Assembly: GCA_964636545.1 (NCBI GenBank)
Contig: CAZWSR010000003.1
Coordinates: forward strand, 1-64,000
Origin: Candidatus Undinarchaeota archaeon
GTDB lineage: Archaea > Undinarchaeota > Undinarchaeia > Undinarchaeales > UBA543
Length of the DNA stretch: 64,000 nt
Direction: 5' to 3'
Position 1 is the first letter of the stretch; each line of letters opens with the position of its first letter. Positions 56,753 through 64,000 of this stretch are shown here, piece after piece. Made by a program: the position numbers and the translations under genes. The notes beneath the pieces were generated by a model. The model saw nothing but the letters and a program-made list of their open reading frames with translations. It ran no database searches and was not told where the DNA came from.

Positions 56753-57522
56753 TTACAGTTGTCTTAATTGAACCACATTATTCTGGGAATATTGGCTCAG
56801 TTTGCAGAGCTATGAAGAATTTTGGATTTAGTAAATTGGAATTTGTTAATCCAAAAAAGATTACAGCTGAAGCTGGGATGATGGCTGTTCATGCAAAAGA
56901 TGTTCTGGAAAAAGCAAAAACAGTAACTAAGTTTGATTTTAAGAAATATGATTATGTAATTGGAACAAGTTGCAAAGCAACAGAAAAGGATGATTATTTT
57001 TTGAGAATGACAACGCCACTGAAAGAGTTGAAAAAGAAATTTGGGGCACCGGGGCGCGGGGGCGCCGCTGGACAGAAACGGCGCTCCGGATCCACGGCGC
57101 TCCGGCCAACTGGAAAGATAGCAATTGTGTTTGGTCCAGAACCTTCTGGCTTGTCAAATGAATTTCTTGAGAAATGTGATATCATCACAACAATCCCAAC
57201 TTCTCCAAAATACAGAAGCATGAATTTGTCACACGCTGTTGCAGTAGTGCTGTACGAACTTGCAGGTAGTGGGCAGGGGGCAGTGAGCAGTGGGGCAACA
57301 GTGCGATTAGCAAATTCAAAGGAGAAATCACTAATCAATACCAATATGAAAAGTATTGTTAAGAAAAGTGGTTATCCTGCTGAAAAACACAAAGTATTTA
57401 ACAGCATGTTCCAGAAGCTCCTAGGGAGAGCAGTAGTAACTGGGAGAGAAGCAAACACATTAATAGGCGTTCTCAAACGTATAAAGAAGGCAACAGGCGT
57501 CAGGGATCAGGCATCAGGATAA
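56749..57522 (+). CDS. trmJ: TrmJ/LasT-type SPOUT tRNA methyltransferase
   Basis: GNIGSVCRAMKNFG, IVFGPEPSGL, SMNLSHAV; start at ATG overlapping IMPase stop. Confidence 0.88.
   Translation: MITVVLIEPHYSGNIGSVCRAMKNFGFSKLEFVNPKKITAEAGMMAVHAKDVLEKAKTVTKFDFKKYDYVIGTSCKATEKDDYFLRMTTPLKELKKKFGAPGRGGAAGQKRRSGSTALRPTGKIAIVFGPEPSGLSNEFLEKCDIITTIPTSPKYRSMNLSHAVAVVLYELAGSGQGAVSSGATVRLANSKEKSLINTNMKSIVKKSGYPAEKHKVFNSMFQKLLGRAVVTGREANTLIGVLKRIKKATGVRDQASG
57043..57107. repeat. Inverted octamer element in frame inside trmJ
   Basis: ggggcacc ggggcgcg ggggcgcc gctggacagaa | acggcgct ccggatcc acggcgct ccggcc. Confidence 0.85.
57265..57292. repeat. Heptamer array GGYAGTR family inside trmJ linker
   Basis: ggtagtg ggcaggg ggcagtg agcagtg. 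Confidence 0.75.
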
Positions 57523-57559
57523 CAAAACCTGATACCAGAAACCCGATACCTGATACCTG
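57494..57559. repeat. Inverted heptamer element, CAGGYAT family, spanning trmJ stop
   Basis: caggcgt cagggat caggcat caggata | aaacctg ataccag aaacccg atacctg atacctg. Confidence 0.85.
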
Positions 57560-57581
57560 TAAAAAAGAGGTAAATAAAAAA

Positions 57582-58874
57582 ATGTCATTACTTATGGGCG
57601 GCGGCGGATCAACAGTTCAGACAATGATAAACTGGGGTATAATGCTTTTTATCTTCATGTTTATTTTGCCTAAATTGTACTTTTACCAGATATTTTCAAA
57701 ACTGGAACTAAGTGCTAGGAAACTTGAGGCACTTTCTGATAAAGCTCAGAAACAATTGCTCAAAGATACAAAAAAATGGAGCAATAGCCAGAGTGGGCCA
57801 AAGGGAATTCTCAAAGGCTTTATTGACTTTTTCATGATACCCCCAATTAATCTTGATCCATTTGGAATTGTTAAGAAACTGGGTCACATGATAGACCACA
57901 CAGAAAACAGGTTCAAAGAAACTGCAAAACAAATGGTGCCAAAAGCAAATAGTGAGCAGATAATGAATGTGAATATGGGATTGCAAGCAGCAACCATGCT
58001 CCACCAGCTCTCAAAAATAGTTAGACACTATGTTGAAATGGCAAAGAAATTCAAGAACTTGCAAATCGCAATGATAATTCAGATGCAGATGCCAATACTT
58101 GAGAAAATCGCAGAAGCACAATATGATGGAATGGAAACTTTCCTCAAAGGAGAAGCAATTGGAGATGCAGCAGGACCGCTAACAATCGCCAGTTTGCTTG
58201 ACAAAGAAGGAAAAGAAATTGCACAAGATGTTGTTGCAGTAACTGAAAAGAAATGGGGCAGAAACATAACATTCCTTAAAGCAAGTGGACCAGGTGGACG
58301 CCTTGGAAAACTTGGAGAAGCTGTTGCAAAAGCTTGCAAAGGCAGGAAAATAACAAAAATAATCACAATTGACGCTGCTCAGAAGCTTGAAGGAGAGAAA
58401 ACAGGCAGTGTTGCAGAAGGAGTAGGTGTTGCAATGGGTGGAGCGGGAGTACAGAGATCGCAAATTGAAGCAACTGCAGTTACTTTAGGTGTTCCAGTTG
58501 AAGCAGTTGCAATAAAAATGAGTCCTTTCCAGGCAATTAAGCCAATGACAATTAATGTATTGAAAGCAATTGACAAGGCAACTGGATTACTTAGAATGAG
58601 AGTAGAAGCCACACCGAAAGGTTCAAATATAGTAGTGATTGGTGTAGGTAACACTTGTGGTATTCCTAACACAAACAAAAACCTTAAAAGCGTTGAGGAA
58701 GCCATAAAGAAAGCCGCTAGGAAGAAAAAAGCAGAAGAACAGAAGAAAATGAAGAAAGGCCTGTTCAAGAGAAAGAAAAAACAAGGCGACTATGACGATG
58801 ATGATGTGCCAGCTACTGGTTCAATGTCAAAACTTGGGATGTTCATGAATTTCATGTATTCCAGAATAAGATAA
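57582..58874 (+). CDS. DUF1512-like protein
   Basis: LDPFGIV, IGDAAGP, TIDAA.KLEGEKTGSVAEGVGVAMGG, GVGNTCGI. Confidence 0.8.
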   Translation: MSLLMGGGGSTVQTMINWGIMLFIFMFILPKLYFYQIFSKLELSARKLEALSDKAQKQLLKDTKKWSNSQSGPKGILKGFIDFFMIPPINLDPFGIVKKLGHMIDHTENRFKETAKQMVPKANSEQIMNVNMGLQAATMLHQLSKIVRHYVEMAKKFKNLQIAMIIQMQMPILEKIAEAQYDGMETFLKGEAIGDAAGPLTIASLLDKEGKEIAQDVVAVTEKKWGRNITFLKASGPGGRLGKLGEAVAKACKGRKITKIITIDAAQKLEGEKTGSVAEGVGVAMGGAGVQRSQIEATAVTLGVPVEAVAIKMSPFQAIKPMTINVLKAIDKATGLLRMRVEATPKGSNIVVIGVGNTCGIPNTNKNLKSVEEAIKKAARKKKAEEQKKMKKGLFKRKKKQGDYDDDDVPATGSMSKLGMFMNFMYSRIR

Positions 58875-58959
58875 GAGGCATCAGGTGTCAGCAGTCAGCC
58901 ATCAGGACCTGATGGCTGAAGGCCGAGGGCTGAAACCTTAACCAAGAGGACAAATAAAA
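58875..58959 (+). repeat. Intercistronic inverted-heptamer cassette, copy 3
   Basis: tcaggtg tcagcag tcagcca tcag-gac-ctga tggctga aggccga gggctga aaccttaaccaagagga. Confidence 0.9.
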
Positions 58960-59490
58960 ATGGGTGAACGAAGAGGAGGAATTTACGCAAGGTTCGATTC
59001 AAGGCCGAACTGTAGAAAGAGTGAGCGAAAGCCTCGAAAAGGATATGTAAAAGGAGTTCCAGGACTACGAATTCACCACTTCCACACAGGAAACAGGAAA
59101 AGCAAATTTGATATTGAACTTTCACTTGCACCAGAGAATGATGTTCAGATAAAGCACACAGCTCTGGAAGCAGCTCGTATTAGCGCTGGAAAAACACTTG
59201 CAACCAAACTTGGCGAGCAGAATTTTCATTTACTTATTAGAAAGTACCCACACCACATTTTGAGGGAAAACTCAATGGCTACTGGTGCTGGTGCAGACCG
59301 ATTTTCAAGTGGTATGAGCAAATCTTTTGGTAGACCTATTGGAATGGCAGCCCGTGTTAGACGCGGAGAGAAGATTATGAGCTTGTTTGTTCCAAAAGGC
59401 AGTGAAGTTGTTGCAAAAGATGCACTACGAAGAGCAAATATGAAATTCCCAGCAAGATGCAGTACCACTATTGAGAAGGTATTGGAATAA
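58960..59490 (+). CDS. rpl10e: 50S ribosomal protein uL16 (L10e)
   Basis: ALEAARI, YPHHILREN, GAGADR..GM..SFGRP. Confidence 0.95.
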   Translation: MGERRGGIYARFDSRPNCRKSERKPRKGYVKGVPGLRIHHFHTGNRKSKFDIELSLAPENDVQIKHTALEAARISAGKTLATKLGEQNFHLLIRKYPHHILRENSMATGAGADRFSSGMSKSFGRPIGMAARVRRGEKIMSLFVPKGSEVVAKDALRRANMKFPARCSTTIEKVLE

Positions 59491-59536
59491 AGCAGATTTC
59501 TAAAAGAATTTATACTAAAAAGTTAAAGGAATAGCC

Positions 59537-60397
59537 ATGACACCATCCTGGAGAAGAAAATTTGAGGAATTTAATAACGAGAAGGTAGTTGATACGATTC
59601 TTGAAAAACTTGAGACTAACATAAGAGACAAGGACGAAAAAAAGAGGGAAGTTGAAATAGACTGGGATCATGACGGAGATACAGATGCATGGGAAAGAAA
59701 TGAACGGACCATTGCAGAATTTGTTAACAAAGAAAAATTTATTTCAAAACTTGTGAAAGGAGTAAAACCAATAAGAGTGGATGGAAATGAAAGATTTTAT
59801 GGATTATTTGCACAAGAAATAGATGGCTGGAAAGTTCTACTAGAACCATGGACACAAGTGGACAAAGGAAAGGTAATTAGTGCAGAGTATGAGAGTGTTA
59901 CGATAATTATAGCAAAGATAGACAACAAAAGAAATTTGGAATACAAGGCTGATCGAATCTATGGAGAACATTTAGCAGTACAACATGAAGATTGCTCATC
60001 TTTTTTAGGTGCAAAATTTGACTTGAAATTCAAAACATCAAAGAATCCAAAGGGCCTGATTCTTGGAGAAGATTTGTATGATTTCGCAGGAGAACTTATT
60101 GAATTATCAAAAAGTATGGATTGTGGAATAGGAGTAAAAAACATTAAGCAGAAAAAGAACGGAGAGTTGAAATTCCATGGAGGAATACATATCTACCCTC
60201 GTTTTCAAAGCTCATTTAAGAACAATAAAATGAAGATACAAATGGGTTATGCTTTATTTTATAGAGAAGGATATGAGTTATGGGGCAACAGAATAGGATT
60301 GAACAAAACAGATGATAAGGCAAATGGAGTTGAACTAAAGATCCCATATACAACAGGAGATCTTGATGATCTTGGATTTACAGACGGAGAGTCGTGA
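59537..60397 (+). CDS. Hypothetical protein
   Basis: 286-aa ORF, no motif recognised. Confidence 0.7.
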   Translation: MTPSWRRKFEEFNNEKVVDTILEKLETNIRDKDEKKREVEIDWDHDGDTDAWERNERTIAEFVNKEKFISKLVKGVKPIRVDGNERFYGLFAQEIDGWKVLLEPWTQVDKGKVISAEYESVTIIIAKIDNKRNLEYKADRIYGEHLAVQHEDCSSFLGAKFDLKFKTSKNPKGLILGEDLYDFAGELIELSKSMDCGIGVKNIKQKKNGELKFHGGIHIYPRFQSSFKNNKMKIQMGYALFYREGYELWGNRIGLNKTDDKANGVELKIPYTTGDLDDLGFTDGES

Positions 60398-60464
60398 ATA
60401 ACTGAAACTCACATTACCCACTATTTATTTAAACCCGCGATTACTACTGCGATTAAGATAAAAC

Positions 60465-63212
60465 ATGGATTATATTGTATGGTTCAAAGATTTGAATAAA
60501 AAAAGCATCAGCGTAGCTGGAGGTAAAGGAGCAAACCTTGGTGAGCTGACTGCTGCTGGAATGCCAGTGCCTGAAGGTTTTATTTTAACTGCACAAACCT
60601 ACAAGAAATTTATTGACGAGGCAGATCTGAATGAAGACATAAACGAAATTCTAAAGGACTTGGATGTTGAGGATAATGACAAACTGCAGAAGGCATCAAA
60701 AGATATTGGAAGTATGATAACTGGTTCTCCAATGCCAGATGAAGTGCAGGAAGCAATCAAAACCGAGTATGAAAAAATTGAATCAACTGATAATATTATA
60801 ATTGCAGGAACAGGGCAAGAACCAGGAGAATTTGTTGCAGTGCGCTCTTCAGCAACTGCAGAGGACCTGCCAGGCGCAAGTTTCGCAGGCCAACAAGCAA
60901 CTTTCTTGAATGTGAAAGGTGGAACCAACCTAATCCACGCAGTAAAAGAGTGCTGGGCTTCATTGTTTACAGCAAGAGCAATTTATTATCGTGTGAAAAA
61001 AGGTTTTGAGCATGAGAAAGTTCTGATTTCAGTTATTGTTCAGAAAATGATTGACTCAGACAAGTCAGGAGTTATGTTTACTGTAAATCCAGTTGATAAT
61101 GACCGCTCAAAAATTTCAATTGACTCTGCTTGGGGACTTGGAGAAGCAATTGTTGGCGGACAAGTTACTCCAGATCACTTCCTTGTTGATAAAGAAACAC
61201 AAGAAATTACAGAAAGTAAAGTTTCTAAAAAGGACTTCATGTACACCCGAGATATTGCAGAAGGAAACACAACAAAAGTGACTTTGACTGACGAAACCGC
61301 GAATAAGAGCTCAGTTACTGATGAGGAAGTTAAAACTCTTGCTGAGTTTGGGAAGAAGATTGAGGCGCATTATGATTATCCACAAGATATTGAATGGGCA
61401 ATTGATAGTGGTGAATTTTTCATTTTGCAATCAAGGCCAGTTACGACTTTAGGGGATGAAGATGGAAAGGCAGTAGGTAGTGGGCAGAAGGCAGTAGCTG
61501 AAAAACCTCAAACCACTGCACCAACAGGCGATGTTTTAGTAAAAGGTTTTGGCGCAAGCCCAGGAATTGGCGGCGGAAAAGTGAAGATTGTTCACGATGC
61601 TAGTGAATTAACAAAAGTTGAAAAAGGAAATGTGCTTGTTGCTAAAATGACTAGCCCAGATATGGTTCCAGCAATGGAAAGAGCAAGTGCAATTGTCACA
61701 AATGAAGGTGGAGTAACTTGTCATGCTGCAATTGTTTCACGAGAACTTGGAATACCATGTATTGTTGGAAGTGAAAATGCAACTGAAGTTTTGAAAGATG
61801 ATCAAGAAGTCACAGTTGATGCAAAAGCAGGAGTTGTTTACCCTGGAATAAAAGCAAATGCAAGCACAGAACCAATAAAACTTGAAACAGCTGACAAAAT
61901 CCCAACAAAAACAAAGATTTATGTTAATTTAGGAATTCCAAGCAAGGCAAAAGAGGTTGCTGCACTGCCAGTTGACGGTGTTGGTTTGATGCGAGAAGAA
62001 TTTTTAATTGCTTCGCAGATTGGTGAGCACCCACTTGCAATGATTGAACGTGGAGCATCGCAGGAGTTTATTGACAAATTAGCTGACGGAATTCAGCAAG
62101 TTGCTGAAGCATTTAATCCACGACCAGTTGTTCTGCGACTAAGTGATTTGAAAACAAATGAGTACCATGACTTGAAAGGTGGAGATAAATTTGAAGATCC
62201 TGAAGATAATCCAATGATTGGATGGCGCGGATGCTCAAGATACACTTCTGACAAATACAAAGAGGCATTCAAGCTTGAATTGAAAGCTGTGAAGAAGGTG
62301 CGTGATGCTGGTTTCAAGAATATTGTAATAATGTTACCGTTTGTTAGAAAACTTGATGATGTTACACGAGTTACAGAACTGATGAAAGAAGAAGGACTTG
62401 AGCGCGGCGAGGACTTGAAATTATGGATAATGGCAGAAGTTCCTTCAGTTGTTATTCTTGCTGACGAATTTGCAAAACTTGTTGATGGATTTTCAATTGG
62501 CAGTAATGATTTAACTCAATTGACAATGGGAGCAGACCGCGATTCTGAATTGCTTGAGAAACTTGGTTATTTTGATGAGCGAGATGAAGCAGTTATGCGA
62601 TCAATTGCACGTTTGATAAAATTAGGAAATAATGCAGGAATTACTGTTTCAATTTGCGGACAAGCACCTAGCACAAAGCCAGAGATTATCAAAGTTTTAG
62701 TTGAGAAAGGAATTACTTCAATAAGTGCAAATCCAGATGTTGCTGTGCAGACAATGAAAATGGTTGCTCAGGAAGAGAGTAAGATTACTTTAGCTAAGGA
62801 TGAAATTGAATCAGGGGCTCCGGGGCGCAGTGAAACCGGGGCGACGGAGCGGAGTATAGACGTAGAGACGAAAACAGAACCTCAAACTCCAAACCCACAA
62901 CCCCAAACCACTGAACCAATTGAAATACAAACTCCAAGCCATGTAGAACCGAAACCACCTAGCGCACCAGCCCCTATGCCACCTAAAGAAGAATCAGAGA
63001 AAAAGCAAGAGAACCTACCCCATTTTTCACCTCCAGCACAACTTCCAAAAAAAGATGATGACGAAGACGACGAGGATGACGATGATAATGGATTTATTGA
63101 GAAAGTAGAAGATGTTGTTGAAGATATTGGAGATAAAGTTGAAGAAATTGGAGAAAAAGTAACTGGATTTTTCAGGCATGATAAGGACGAGGAAGGGAAG
63201 GAAGAAGAATAG
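60465..63212 (+). CDS. ppsA: Phosphoenolpyruvate synthase with Pro-rich/acidic C-terminal extension
   Basis: GGKGANLGE, AVRSSATAEDL, TCHAAIVSRE phospho-His, NPMIGWRG, SIGSNDLTQ, SICGQ. Confidence 0.95.
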   Translation: MDYIVWFKDLNKKSISVAGGKGANLGELTAAGMPVPEGFILTAQTYKKFIDEADLNEDINEILKDLDVEDNDKLQKASKDIGSMITGSPMPDEVQEAIKTEYEKIESTDNIIIAGTGQEPGEFVAVRSSATAEDLPGASFAGQQATFLNVKGGTNLIHAVKECWASLFTARAIYYRVKKGFEHEKVLISVIVQKMIDSDKSGVMFTVNPVDNDRSKISIDSAWGLGEAIVGGQVTPDHFLVDKETQEITESKVSKKDFMYTRDIAEGNTTKVTLTDETANKSSVTDEEVKTLAEFGKKIEAHYDYPQDIEWAIDSGEFFILQSRPVTTLGDEDGKAVGSGQKAVAEKPQTTAPTGDVLVKGFGASPGIGGGKVKIVHDASELTKVEKGNVLVAKMTSPDMVPAMERASAIVTNEGGVTCHAAIVSRELGIPCIVGSENATEVLKDDQEVTVDAKAGVVYPGIKANASTEPIKLETADKIPTKTKIYVNLGIPSKAKEVAALPVDGVGLMREEFLIASQIGEHPLAMIERGASQEFIDKLADGIQQVAEAFNPRPVVLRLSDLKTNEYHDLKGGDKFEDPEDNPMIGWRGCSRYTSDKYKEAFKLELKAVKKVRDAGFKNIVIMLPFVRKLDDVTRVTELMKEEGLERGEDLKLWIMAEVPSVVILADEFAKLVDGFSIGSNDLTQLTMGADRDSELLEKLGYFDERDEAVMRSIARLIKLGNNAGITVSICGQAPSTKPEIIKVLVEKGITSISANPDVAVQTMKMVAQEESKITLAKDEIESGAPGRSETGATERSIDVETKTEPQTPNPQPQTTEPIEIQTPSHVEPKPPSAPAPMPPKEESEKKQENLPHFSPPAQLPKKDDDEDDEDDDDNGFIEKVEDVVEDIGDKVEEIGEKVTGFFRHDKDEEGKEEE
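61469..61496. repeat. Heptamer array GGYAGTR family in ppsA interdomain linker
   Basis: ggcagta ggtagtg ggcagaa ggcagta. Confidence 0.75.
62814..62912. repeat. Octamer array plus heptamer array in ppsA tail
   Basis: ggggctcc ggggcgca gtgaaacc ggggcgac ... aacctca aactcca aacccac aacccca aaccact. Confidence 0.7.
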
Positions 63213-63248
63213 CTAACATTTTTATACCATAACTTGAAGGAATTTATT

Positions 63249-64000
63249 ATGCAAGACAAGATTTTACAAGCAGTTCAGGAAAAAGGAGCAAAGAAGATAG
63301 GACTGCAGGTTCCAGAAGGCCTGAAGAACAAGGCAGTTGAGTGGGCACAAGAAATTGAGAAAACTGGAGCAAAAGTTTATATTTTCGCTGATCCATGCTA
63401 TGGAGCTTGTGATTTATGGGATTTTGAAGCAGACCGACTTGGTTGCGATTTGCTAATTCATGTTGGGCATTCTACAATTGGAATTGAAGAAAAAATTCCA
63501 ACAGTTTACATTGAATATGAATCTGACTTGGATATTTCAAAAATTGTTGAGAAAGCTGGACAGGAAATTGAAGAAAAAAAGATTGTATTAACCACTACAC
63601 TGCAACACATCAAACAACTTGATAAAATTAAAGAAATTCTGGAAAAATCTGGAAAAGAAGTTGTTATTGGAAAAGCAGGAACTCGTTCAAAATATGATGG
63701 ACAGATTCTTGGATGCGACCCAGGAGTTATTGCTGATGCAGATGCATATCTTTACATTGGTACTGGAAACTTCCACGCAATTGAAATTGCACTTGCAACA
63801 GGCAAAAAAGTTTACATTGCTGATCCTGAGCTTGACCAAATTAGGATTTTAGATGATGAAAAAGAGGAATTCTTAAGAAAACGATTTGCAAAAATTGAGA
63901 ATGTGAAGGGGGCGCCGGGGCGCCGGGGCGCCGGGGCTCAGAAGTTCGGTATTCTGGTCAGCATAAAACCAGGTCAGAACCGAATGGACTTGGCTGAAAA
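63249..64000 (+). CDS. dph2: Diphthamide biosynthesis enzyme Dph2 (runs off window end)
   Basis: Manual translation: IGLQVPEGLK, DPCYGACD, HVGH, GQILGCD, FGILVSIKPGQ. Confidence 0.9.
   Translation, partial: MQDKILQAVQEKGAKKIGLQVPEGLKNKAVEWAQEIEKTGAKVYIFADPCYGACDLWDFEADRLGCDLLIHVGHSTIGIEEKIPTVYIEYESDLDISKIVEKAGQEIEEKKIVLTTTLQHIKQLDKIKEILEKSGKEVVIGKAGTRSKYDGQILGCDPGVIADADAYLYIGTGNFHAIEIALATGKKVYIADPELDQIRILDDEKEEFLRKRFAKIENVKGAPGRRGAGAQKFGILVSIKPGQNRMDLAE
63909..63940. repeat. Octamer array in frame inside dph2
   Basis: ggggcgcc x3 + ggggctca. Confidence 0.9.

Noticed and set aside
63619-63852. 77-aa ORF in the track
   Set aside because: Out-of-frame shadow inside dph2, which starts at 63249 and runs off the window
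82-63940. Short repeat arrays as CRISPR arrays
   Set aside because: Units are 7-8 nt and contiguous, with no unique spacers and no cas genes in the window
1-64000. IS, integrase, reverse transcriptase/DGR or prophage
   Set aside because: No DDE, tyrosine/serine recombinase, RT or virion motifs recognised in any ORF; no TR/VR pair seen
1-64000. Alternative genetic code, selenocysteine, inteins or tRNA introns
   Set aside because: Conserved genes are full length under the standard code, with no large in-frame insertions; both tRNAs are intronless

Overview
Gene-dense, low-GC archaeal chromosome segment. The small-genome/DPANN-like assignment is inferred from compaction and gene content. It carries about 65 CDS, tRNA-Ala(GGC) and tRNA-Glu(CTC). 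Main blocks: (i) a lipid/cofactor cluster with two unusual fusions; (ii) three very large secreted, membrane-anchored proteins, one an S8 protease; (iii) ychF, ABCE1, asnS, ftsZ2 and gltX; (iv) an eno-rps2-MEMO1-rnj-gltX cluster lacking its usual isoprenoid genes; (v) psmB-aCPSF1, sepF and the exosome/proteasome/RNase P superoperon; (vi) drg, IMPase, trmJ, uL16, ppsA and a truncated dph2. No transposase, integrase, RT, cas gene or CRISPR array was seen. The most striking unexplained signal is more than 20 short (30-90 bp) arrays of degenerate 7-nt or 8-nt units. They fall into about six unrelated sequence families but share one architecture, often a left arm plus a reverse-complement right arm. 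They lie at gene junctions, including upstream of all four ribosomal-protein genes, and three form near-identical stop-to-start cassettes that contain the SD. Others supply stop codons, sit in frame inside conserved enzymes, or apparently shift a reading frame. All product calls come from motif recognition by eye, not from database searches.
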